Shown here: positions 6,509 through 13,953 of the stretch, one piece after another
Layout: the number at the start of each line of letters is the position of its first letter
How positions within the stretch are numbered: position 1 is the stretch's first letter
IMG/VR virus record: IMGVR_UViG_3300042869_000676
Span: 11,628-75,627 of that record
Reading direction: 5' to 3' (one strand)
DNA: 64,000 bases
Source: a virus
Made by a program: the position numbers and the translations under genes
Notes under the pieces: model-generated
What the model was told of the DNA's origin: nothing
Databases searched by the model: none
The model's input: only the letters and a program-made list of their open reading frames with translations

Positions 6509-7225
6509 ATGAAAAAAACACTTCCCTTGCTTGCTTTCGGCGCGGACGCGAAAACGTCAAAAGGCGCTTTGCTTAATTACTTGACGGGCATTTTATACTT
6601 GGCTCCGGCCAATGAAGGAGGATTTGGAAATCTTTGCGTGAATGCTTCGGCGGGTTGTCTCTTGTCCTGCCTTTTCACGGCGGGGCGGGGTCGGATGTCA
6701 AACGTTCGCCTCGGTCGAATTCGGAAGACACGTTTATTTTTTACGGATAAAAAAGCATTTTTTGAACAGTTAGAAAAGGACATCGCGCGCGGCATGAAAC
6801 GGGCGGCGAAATTGGGGCTAGGGTATTGCGTGCGGCTGAACGGGACGAGCGACGTTCCCTGGGAACGTTTGGGGATTTTCGAAAAATTTCCGTCCGTGCA
6901 ATTTTATGATTACACGAAAAGCGTTTCGCGTGCGCTCGCGCACGCTCGCGGGGAAATGCCGTCGAATTATTATTTGACGTTTTCGCGCTCTGAATCAAAC
7001 GAAACGGACGCGCTCGCAGTGTTGGCTGCGGGCGGCAACGTTGCGGCGGTGTTTTCCTCGCCGAATTACCCGCAAACGTGGAAAGGGTTTGAAGTGGTGG
7101 ACGGTGACAAGTCGGATCTGCGTTTTTTAGACAAGCGGGGCGGCGCTGTGGTTGCGTTGTATGCGAAGGGAAAAGCGAAAAAGGACGCAAGCGGCTTCGT
7201 CATTCAAACGGGGGGCGGCGCGTGA
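6509..7225 (+). CDS. phage gene product 88 (GP88)-like protein
   Basis: C..AS.GC...CL..AGRG, VRLNGTSD..W, FYDYTK, YYLTFSRSE and DGD..DLRFLD motifs. Confidence 0.75.
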   Translation: MKKTLPLLAFGADAKTSKGALLNYLTGILYLAPANEGGFGNLCVNASAGCLLSCLFTAGRGRMSNVRLGRIRKTRLFFTDKKAFFEQLEKDIARGMKRAAKLGLGYCVRLNGTSDVPWERLGIFEKFPSVQFYDYTKSVSRALAHARGEMPSNYYLTFSRSESNETDALAVLAAGGNVAAVFSSPNYPQTWKGFEVVDGDKSDLRFLDKRGGAVVALYAKGKAKKDASGFVIQTGGGA

Positions 7226-7290
7226 TTTCTTTTATCGTCTTTTTGGTGGTGCTCTGGTTTATGCTATCAAAGCAAAGGGCCAAGCGATAA
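7222..7290 (+). CDS. 22-aa membrane peptide MISFIVFLVVLWFMLSKQRAKR
   Basis: GTG start overlaps the gp88 stop (GTGA). Ends 3 nt before the terminator stem. Confidence 0.55.
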   Translation: MISFIVFLVVLWFMLSKQRAKR

Positions 7291-7293
7291 AAC

Positions 7294-7325
7294 GGGGCGG
7301 GCCTAGCGGCTCGCCTCTTTTTTTT
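7294..7325 (+). terminator. intrinsic terminator
   Basis: GGGGCGGGCC-TAGC-GGCTCGCCTC followed by T8. Confidence 0.85.
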
Positions 7326-7374
7326 GTGCGCGTGTGCGCGTGTGCGCGTGTGCGCGTGTGCGCGTGTGCGCGTG
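7325..7374. repeat. (TGTGCGCG)6 alternating purine-pyrimidine tract
   Basis: 50 bp of strict Y-R alternation. Confidence 0.95.
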
Positions 7375-7380
7375 ATGCGT

Positions 7381-7493
7381 AGGGGTAGGGGTAGGGGTAG
7401 GGGTAGGGGTAGGGGTAGGGGTAGGGGTAGGGGTAGGGGTAGGGGTAGGGGTAGGGGTAGGGGTAGGGGTAGGGGTAGGGGTAGGGGTAGGGG
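7381..7493 (+). repeat. (AGGGGT)18-AGGGG telomere-like array
   Basis: 19 GGGG tracts at 6-bp period. Confidence 0.95.
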
Positions 7494-7496
7494 CAC

Positions 7497-7526
7497 GAAA
7501 AAACCCGCCCTTTTCGGGGCGGGTCG
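7497..7526 (-). terminator. intrinsic terminator
   Basis: 30-bp exact copy of 3503-3532. Confidence 0.85.
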
Positions 7527-7550
7527 TTGGTTGCGTTGCGTTGCTTTGCG

Positions 7551-8081
7551 TTAGCTTACGCGGCGCACGCTCCGCACCGCAATCAAATTTTTTTCCCCTA
7601 GCGTATAACAAGCAAATTCCTTTTTCTCGGCAAATTCAGACGCGAGGCAAAGGGACTCGATCACGGCACGGGAGACGCTTTTCCCGTTGAGACGGAAAAC
7701 GGTTTTGCAAGCGCGGGGCGTGCCGTCGCTGTTGTTCACGGGGTAAAGGCGGAGATAGAAAGCTCCCTTGTGCTCTATCAAACGATTCTCCATGCCGTCA
7801 ACCCATTTGCCCCACGGTAAACCCTGATTCTCTGCGGGCGCGTCGCCATTGGCGCGGGCCTCGATGACCGATTGGCGGTTGTCGTGCTTTGCGCCGACTT
7901 GAACCGTTGAGCGGACTGATTTTGTGATGATGTCGGAAACTCCTTTGCGGGTTTTCATCGGGCGGCTCCATGAGACGCCAACAAATTGACCGGCGGGCAC
8001 GCTCAAAAGTGCGGCGGCGATTGGTGACAAGGTGGCGGTTGCGGTTGCGGTTGCGGTGGCGGTGGCGGTGGCTGTTTTCAT
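7551..8081 (-). CDS. hypothetical early protein with an N-terminal Thr-Ala repeat
   Basis: 176 aa. LPWG.W and IEHKG..YLRLYP motifs. A/C-rich leader and its own terminator. Confidence 0.75.
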   Translation of the reverse strand: MKTATATATATATATATLSPIAAALLSVPAGQFVGVSWSRPMKTRKGVSDIITKSVRSTVQVGAKHDNRQSVIEARANGDAPAENQGLPWGKWVDGMENRLIEHKGAFYLRLYPVNNSDGTPRACKTVFRLNGKSVSRAVIESLCLASEFAEKKEFACYTLGEKNLIAVRSVRRVS

Positions 8082-8189
8082 ATGTGTTTTTTTTGTGTTG
8101 TTGTTGGTAACGAAAAACAGCGTGCATTTTTATTTGCCGAATTCAAGAAAAAAATCGCACGAACTATTTTTTTATTTTTAGAAATTCGC

Positions 8190-8219
8190 TTGACACGTTT
8201 TTTGTTTTTTTGGTAGGAT
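8190..8219 (+). promoter_or_regulatory. sigma70-type promoter pointing into the palindrome array
   Basis: TTGACA-N18-TAGGAT with extended TG. Confidence 0.55.
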
Positions 8220-8227
8220 GCGAAAAA

Positions 8228-8402
8228 CACTATAGCGAATTCTATAGTGGCGCGAGGAAATGATATAGCGTTGTATCAAAAATGATATAGCACTATATCA
8301 AAAAGTATATAGCGCTATATACACCCCCCGCCCTTATATAAAAAAGTATATAGCGAATTGTATAGGGCGCGGGGGGGGATGGTAATTCCTCACTCTACCA
8401 TC
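8228..8402. repeat. phased TATAGC palindrome array with C/G-tract inverted repeat (candidate origin or packaging/terminus site)
   Basis: 18-bp palindromic units at 8261, 8283 and 8305 (22-bp period). Related units at 8228 and 8346. CCCCCCGCCC...GGGCGCGGGGGGGG. Confidence 0.75.
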
Positions 8403-8614
8403 AATTTAAACCATCTTAATTTAATTACCCCCAAGGCTATCTTTACTTATCTCACTTACATTTACTTGCTTTACTTACCCTTGATTAGCTTATATATCTT
8501 ACCTGTATATAAACATACCTAAAAGAAACACTATCCCCCCACCCTTTTCTGAGAAAATGAGAAAATATCTAAAAGAATAGGAACAAAAACTCACTTTCCG
8601 GGCGGGGGAGAATT

Positions 8615-9211
8615 TTACCTAGCCTTTGGCTTAATTCCTTCTTCTTCTAGCTGTTTATCATAGGCTAAAGAAACGAGCATAGCTTCTTCATGTGTTTCAA
8701 AATAACCTAAATGTTTGCCGCATCTTTTAACACGGTATTTTTTAGATCCATCTTTAAACGTTAATATGAATATTCCGTACTTATAATTTTTTAGTTTTTT
8801 ATTGTTATTATTTTGCTTCATAGTAACTTCATATAAATTAGATATAGAGTTATTTAAGGGATTTTTATCTCTATGATCTACAAGCATATTTATTTCAGGC
8901 CAACGCTTGTGATACATAGTATATAGCAAAGTATGAACATGGTGATTTTTTCTTTTAAACGAGGTCCTTTTGTATCCGTTCCATATACTAGTAATCTCTT
9001 TGCCTGAATTTCTGTTAGTTAATGTGCCTTTTTCAAAATCAGCGATAAATGACTCCGACAAATCTTCTGGAGTTGGTCTATTTTTGTATTCAAAATAAAG
9101 CTTTACAAACTCGTCTATATCCATATGCTGGCTTCTTTTATAACGAAAAATCGCATCTTTTTCTTGAAAAGACATAGATAGCTCTTCTGGCTGTTGATTT
9201 TCTTGATTCAT
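8615..9211 (-). CDS. HNH homing endonuclease with a C-terminal AP2-like domain
   Basis: VDHRDKNPLNN..SNL...T..QN and HLGYFET..EA motifs. Confidence 0.8.
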   Translation of the reverse strand: MNQENQQPEELSMSFQEKDAIFRYKRSQHMDIDEFVKLYFEYKNRPTPEDLSESFIADFEKGTLTNRNSGKEITSIWNGYKRTSFKRKNHHVHTLLYTMYHKRWPEINMLVDHRDKNPLNNSISNLYEVTMKQNNNNKKLKNYKYGIFILTFKDGSKKYRVKRCGKHLGYFETHEEAMLVSLAYDKQLEEEGIKPKAR

Positions 9212-9214
9212 AAA

Positions 9215-9919
9215 TTAACCTTCGTTGAAAAATTCTCCGTGTAATTTTCGACCTATTTCATCTCGCCAAGCTTTAAGTATTTGAATTGTAGCTTCAACAA
9301 ATTCTTTTTTAACAGTCATCGACTTGAAATATTTCTTCCCATTACAAGAAACACAAGCATCAACACGCACGCGATCATCAGAAATAGAACGCACAAAAAC
9401 ACCTTTTACCCCTGATTTGTTACTTTCGTACAATGATTTGTTACTGGCGTTTTGAGAATTAGTACTTTCTCTTAGATTGCAAGGTCTATTATCTGTTTTA
9501 TCTTCATTTATATGATCTACCTTATAGCCTTTTTTGGCCCAACGACCATTATGTAAACAAAAAATAATTTTATTAAGAAAAACCGTAAAATAATAACCCT
9601 CAAATTTTATACTGGCTACTATATATCCCTGACGTTTTAAAAAGCCAACTTTATCACCAGCCTTTTTATTACCACTGTTGTTTTTTAAAAACAAATTTCC
9701 ATCTTCGTCATGATAATACATCTTAGCTAATTGTTCTGGAGAAATAACATCTTCAATCCTTTTTTTTGGCCCCTTATACTCCCAAACATCCATTGCATAG
9801 TTGAAGTTTTCTATTCCGCCGATTCTTTTTACTAAGAGTCTAATTTCAGCAAGCATTTCTGCCGTCACAATTAACTCTTTTTTTTGATTTGTTTGTTTTG
9901 CTTTTTTAGTTAGCGCCAT
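9215..9919 (-). CDS. HNH homing endonuclease
   Basis: VDHINEDKTDNR..NLR..T.SQN..N and NKSGVKGV motifs. Confidence 0.85.
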   Translation of the reverse strand: MALTKKAKQTNQKKELIVTAEMLAEIRLLVKRIGGIENFNYAMDVWEYKGPKKRIEDVISPEQLAKMYYHDEDGNLFLKNNSGNKKAGDKVGFLKRQGYIVASIKFEGYYFTVFLNKIIFCLHNGRWAKKGYKVDHINEDKTDNRPCNLRESTNSQNASNKSLYESNKSGVKGVFVRSISDDRVRVDACVSCNGKKYFKSMTVKKEFVEATIQILKAWRDEIGRKLHGEFFNEG

Positions 9920-9928
9920 ATAAATACT

Positions 9929-10450
9929 TTACTTAACCTTTTCCGCTAAAAGCGCCAACAACTCATTAGAGATATCTTCTTTATCTACCGTATAATCAGG
10001 AAGAGTAGTAGAAGAGCCTGAATAATGGTCAAATTCGGAAACTTGAACGTAATTCAACGGCCCCAAATGCGCCAAATAGCGACATTTTTCTTCGTTATAG
10101 TCTTCTGGAAGGTTATCGAACAACCAAACAGCGCCCGGTTCAATTTGAGGAATTTTGCCAGTGCGCCCGCGAATATCCTCACGAGAGTATATATCTTCGG
10201 CCTCAAATCCAAAGGAAAAGGCTTTGTTCATGGCAAGAGCATAGTCTCTTGTAGCTACTGTGAGCATAAAAACCTTAGCCTTCTTACGAGCTTGCTCAAG
10301 AAACGCGACAGAACATTCTCTAACCTTCGTATTATAATGCTCTTTTGAGCTTAAAGTTATCTTTTGATAACCGGGCATAACTGATTTGGAGAATAATCCA
10401 TAAGTATGGATTAATGTTTCATCTAAGTCAACGAATATGTATTTGTTCAT
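9929..10450 (-). CDS. HAD-superfamily (FCP1/NIF-like) phosphatase
   Basis: FVDLDETLIH motif I, T.A.RDYA, and LFDN. Confidence 0.75.
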   Translation of the reverse strand: MNKYIFVDLDETLIHTYGLFSKSVMPGYQKITLSSKEHYNTKVRECSVAFLEQARKKAKVFMLTVATRDYALAMNKAFSFGFEAEDIYSREDIRGRTGKIPQIEPGAVWLFDNLPEDYNEEKCRYLAHLGPLNYVQVSEFDHYSGSSTTLPDYTVDKEDISNELLALLAEKVK

Positions 10451-10482
10451 GTTATGCCTTAATTAAAAATATTAAAAATAGC

Positions 10483-11019
10483 TCAATCAAAGTTGCTAAT
10501 TTGAATCCCAAGTACAAGGTCATCCCCAGTACTATCCTGTTTTTCAGTGTTTTCATTAAATTTTGGTATTTTGTGTAGGTATGGTTCTAAATCAAATCTT
10601 CCAGCGTGAAATTCGGCGTGGCAGTTCTTGCATAATGGGGCGCATTTCTGTAGTTCTTTTATAAGTTCTTCATCATCTAATTTTCTTCTACACTCTCCTA
10701 TCTCAAACTTTTTCTCTGACGGGACAATGTGATGAAAGTCTATTGCTTCCGGAACAGAATGTCCGCATCTGATACATGCGCCGCCTAAATGGTTAATATA
10801 ACTAATTTTTAAACATCTTGCTACATCTCTCCTCGTTTTTAAATTTCTATGTGGAGTTTTATCATGGCATTCTTTACAACTTCCCCTAAGACCAAATCGA
10901 CCTGCCTTATTCACATAGAAATCAGAGAAAAGCTTAAGCAATTTACAAGCACGACAAGTTTTATGTGTTACAGTTTGATGCGTCACTAAAGTATCAACTA
11001 TTGTATCAGTTTGCGTCAT
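10483..11019 (-). CDS. zinc-binding HNH endonuclease
   Basis: CxxC pairs, DFHH and LCKNCH..FH motifs. Confidence 0.75.
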   Translation of the reverse strand: MTQTDTIVDTLVTHQTVTHKTCRACKLLKLFSDFYVNKAGRFGLRGSCKECHDKTPHRNLKTRRDVARCLKISYINHLGGACIRCGHSVPEAIDFHHIVPSEKKFEIGECRRKLDDEELIKELQKCAPLCKNCHAEFHAGRFDLEPYLHKIPKFNENTEKQDSTGDDLVLGIQISNFD

Positions 11020-11212
11020 TCAAATCCTCTTCATAAGGTGGCTGAGAACCATTTTTAATATAAAAAAACAATTCTTTTAAGCCTTTAACAAAGTCACGCC
11101 CGGCTTCTTTAGAGTTAAAGGTCATTTGAATCAAGAATGTTAAGCCTCCCAGCACAATAAAGGCTGGGATAGCTAATAGCGCCCAAATTAATCTAAAAAC
11201 TAAGCTTTTCAT
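11006..11212 (-). CDS. small membrane protein
   Basis: Likely ATG at 11212 (MKSLVFRL...). One hydrophobic helix. Confidence 0.6.
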   Translation of the reverse strand: MKSLVFRLIWALLAIPAFIVLGGLTFLIQMTFNSKEAGRDFVKGLKELFFYIKNGSQPPYEEDLNDAN

Positions 11213-11213
11213 T

Positions 11214-11813
11214 TTAGGTCCAAAACTTTTCGCGGTTTTTAACCACAAAGTCGCACAAAACTGTGTCGCATTCGTTAAGGTGTTTGTCCATTTCAATGTA
11301 AGCTGTGAAATTATCATTCTCTAAACTCAAAGCGTGATTGTGAATATCGTCTAAAAGCTTTTGCCGTCCACCTTTAGCGTAATCGTAAGCTTCTTTAAGT
11401 TGTTTAACGAATTGAATTTCCTTTTCAGTCTCTGAACAAATATGTTCAAGATATTTTTCTCTTTCAACTAGCTCAACAACGCAAGCAAGATGAAACAAAA
11501 CAATAATTTCGACCATATCCATTTCTCCGCTCTTATCAAACACAGCGTTACGAAACTCTTTGCGTGGATGACGCAAGAAATTCTTGATTTTGCGCTTAAT
11601 AAATCGGTAATTGGAACCAACTGAATAATAGCAATCATCATAAGTTTCTCTTAGGAAACGCTGAACAGGATACTGAACGGACAAGTAAGCGTAATACTTG
11701 TCCCACTCTCTAAAACCTAGAGCGTATGGCGCAACGTACCACCCAGTAGGCCAAAACCATACTTTCTTTTCTGTTTTTTCTTTACCTTGTGAAATGTATT
11801 CTTCTGCTGTCAT
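11214..11813 (-). CDS. hypothetical protein
   Basis: 199-aa ORF in the operon. Confidence 0.75.
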   Translation of the reverse strand: MTAEEYISQGKEKTEKKVWFWPTGWYVAPYALGFREWDKYYAYLSVQYPVQRFLRETYDDCYYSVGSNYRFIKRKIKNFLRHPRKEFRNAVFDKSGEMDMVEIIVLFHLACVVELVEREKYLEHICSETEKEIQFVKQLKEAYDYAKGGRQKLLDDIHNHALSLENDNFTAYIEMDKHLNECDTVLCDFVVKNREKFWT

Positions 11814-11818
11814 ATTAT

Positions 11819-12454
11819 TTAGAGTTCGATTGTTCTAGCAGTGTTAATTGGTTTGTATTGTTCAGTGCAGATAGCTGCATTAACAAACATAGTGTTGTTT
11901 TTAACTTCAATGCCGTAGCCATTGTGGATATGGCCAAAAACATGAAGCTTAAGTTTAAGGTTTTCAGTGATTGTAGTGAATAAGTTGGCGCATCCAACGT
12001 GAACATTGCCCGGAGCTTTGTCAAGAATACTCATAGGTGGACCATGAGTAATCAAAACATCAGTATTTTTTGGAATCAAGTTCCAATGTTCTTGAATAGC
12101 CAATCCGCGTTTGCGATTAAACGCCCAATCAAAGAATTCTGGTTGAACTGGCGATCCCCAAAAGTTTAAACCTTCAATTGTGACGCCTTCATCTTGAAGA
12201 TAGTGAATGCCCGGCGGTATGATCGCGTTGATTTCAGAACGGCTTGCTTTTTCCATCCATTTATCATGATTACCAGCGATAACAAGCTTGTATTTGTGCG
12301 GCAAAGAGCCGAACCATGCGAAAAACTCGACGCAATCAAAGTAATCGCCGCCATTACAAAAGTCTCCAGAGTGGATAATCATATCTCCATCTGGAATCTT
12401 ACCTTTTAAATGACCGTGAAGTCCATGAGTGTCTGAAATACAAATAATTTTCAT
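11819..12454 (-). CDS. calcineurin-like metallophosphoesterase
   Basis: SDTH, HSGD, AGNHD, LITHGPP and FGHIH motifs. Confidence 0.92.
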   Translation of the reverse strand: MKIICISDTHGLHGHLKGKIPDGDMIIHSGDFCNGGDYFDCVEFFAWFGSLPHKYKLVIAGNHDKWMEKASRSEINAIIPPGIHYLQDEGVTIEGLNFWGSPVQPEFFDWAFNRKRGLAIQEHWNLIPKNTDVLITHGPPMSILDKAPGNVHVGCANLFTTITENLKLKLHVFGHIHNGYGIEVKNNTMFVNAAICTEQYKPINTARTIEL

Positions 12455-12687
12455 ACGAATTCAACCATTTCTTTGTCGCCATCTACGATATACTTTAAAA
12501 ATGTTTTATATTCTTCGCTAACGGTAGATTCAATACCGATTACATAAGCAGTCATTAAAATATCGGACAAGAGCTTCTCTTGCGTTTCCGTAGAGTAAGC
12601 TTTTAGCGCGTTAATGTGGCCTTCAAACTTTTTTGGAAGCTTTAACTTTGCTGGTTTTTTGTTTTTTAGATTTTTCTTTGGTTTCAT
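12451..12687 (-). CDS. hypothetical protein
   Basis: 78 aa, ATGA coupling to the next gene. Confidence 0.65.
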   Translation of the reverse strand: MKPKKNLKNKKPAKLKLPKKFEGHINALKAYSTETQEKLLSDILMTAYVIGIESTVSEEYKTFLKYIVDGDKEMVEFV

Positions 12688-12910
12688 TAGTTTCTACTCC
12701 ATAATAATCACAAACTATGCGAAGAGCACCCGCGAGAGTGAGGTTGTATTCCAAATCCTCTGTTTCCCAACTTTCTAATTTCTTTTTAGACTGCAAAATT
12801 TTAACATTTTGCATTGTATTCTCATAATGCCATTTGAGGCTAGTTGATGTGAGACTATCGGCCAAATCTGCGCTAAAGAGAGGAATCTCTGAGAGAGTTT
12901 TTGAGTTCAT
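12623..12910 (-). CDS. hypothetical protein
   Basis: Likely ATG at 12910 (MNSKTLSEI...). Confidence 0.65.
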   Translation of the reverse strand: MNSKTLSEIPLFSADLADSLTSTSLKWHYENTMQNVKILQSKKKLESWETEDLEYNLTLAGALRIVCDYYGVETNETKEKSKKQKTSKVKASKKV

Positions 12911-13091
12911 AATTTTTAGAGTGGTCGGTTTTAAACCAAATGTCAAGACTTTGTGATAAGAAATCGTAAAATTCATCATCTTCTCGCACAGAATTAAAAC
13001 GAATGTCTCGATTTGCGAGTTCTTGATACACCGCAGCAGTCATTGCAACGATGTCTCCTTTGTAGATTTCTTTGTTAGTTGTTAAGGTCAT
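12873..13091 (-). CDS. hypothetical protein
   Basis: 72 aa, ATGA coupling to the upstream gene. Confidence 0.6.
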   Translation of the reverse strand: MTLTTNKEIYKGDIVAMTAAVYQELANRDIRFNSVREDDEFYDFLSQSLDIWFKTDHSKNYELKNSLRDSSL

Positions 13092-13648
13092 GCGATTTTG
13101 TGAAAAAAGTTAGCGATTGCTGTAAAAAACTTATATTTGTAGCGAGAGAAATTGCGGTAAGTGAGAGTATAAAAAATATACTTATTGTACCAAAGATTAT
13201 GGTTTTTAGCGATCTGCTCTTTCCATCTCTTCTCATTTTCTAGTCTCTCTTTGTTTGATTCTTTAGTGAATTTCGCCAAAACAATGCTATCGCAAACGCC
13301 GTGAGTGAAAGTAGCTTCGTAATCTACGGAGCAGTCCCAAAGATCAAGAACGTCTCGGTAATAAGTGTAGAAAACGATCTTGCCGTGATGGTTAACTTGT
13401 TCAAGATACTCTCCGCTTCTTTCCATATGGCCGAAATCCCAAGGGCCAGATGGCTTTTCTGGCTCGACAAATTTATTCACTTCGTATTTTCGTACAAAGA
13501 GTTTTTTGCCTTGGATAATATAAGTTTCTAAGCAATTGATCAAATCTTTAGTTTGAAAATCGCCGTTATTAGAGTTTAGGCCAAGGCAAATCATTTCCTC
13601 TGAGTAAGGAAGAGTGTCGCTAACGATAATTGTGTCGAACATTCCCAT
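13088..13648 (-). CDS. conserved phage hypothetical protein (MGMFD...FQTKDL type)
   Basis: MGMFDTI, FQTKDL and Y.A.F..G motifs. Confidence 0.75.
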   Translation of the reverse strand: MGMFDTIIVSDTLPYSEEMICLGLNSNNGDFQTKDLINCLETYIIQGKKLFVRKYEVNKFVEPEKPSGPWDFGHMERSGEYLEQVNHHGKIVFYTYYRDVLDLWDCSVDYEATFTHGVCDSIVLAKFTKESNKERLENEKRWKEQIAKNHNLWYNKYIFYTLTYRNFSRYKYKFFTAIANFFHKIA

Positions 13649-13652
13649 AAAA

Positions 13653-13901
13653 TTATTTATTTGGTTTTAAAGTTTTGGAAACGAGGTATCCGTCTCCTGA
13701 TGGAGTGAAATCAACACTATCTCCTTCATTAAGTCCAGCCTTTTTGAGCATTTTTTTTGGAATTACAATGAAGTAGCCGTCTTTGTCTTGAAGAACAGGC
13801 ACTTGCACCTTATTTTTCTTTTTAAAAATATCATCAATTCTGTTTGCGAATTCGTCAGAAGAGATAGAAGATGGGCGACGTTTTGATCCTTTTCCGTTCA
13901 T
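13653..13901 (-). CDS. AbrB/MazE-like swapped-hairpin DNA-binding protein
   Basis: IVIPKKMLKKAGLNEGDSVDF pattern. Confidence 0.65.
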   Translation of the reverse strand: MNGKGSKRRPSSISSDEFANRIDDIFKKKNKVQVPVLQDKDGYFIVIPKKMLKKAGLNEGDSVDFTPSGDGYLVSKTLKPNK

Positions 13902-13953
13902 AAGTTATAGTAGTTCAAGAGGTGGTTTTTCCAGTTAAAGTGTAAAAAATAGC

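Noticed and set aside
7381-7493. True telomere or eukaryotic contamination
   Set aside because: The array is internal, flanked by bacterial-type terminators and phage genes, and shares its core with four other embedded arrays.
3346-7611. ORF-track entries encoding PLPL/GRGR/PTPT/ARV repeats (3346-3582, 6115-6402, 6134-6448, 7152-7382, 7200-7496, 7303-7611, 7324-7554)
   Set aside because: These are translations of non-coding tandem repeats that lack stops by construction. Several cross terminators, and they have no credible starts.
8200-8610. dif/Xer site expected if the G-arrays are KOPS
   Set aside because: No recognisable XerD arm (TTATGTTAAAT-like) was seen, which weakens but does not exclude the KOPS reading.
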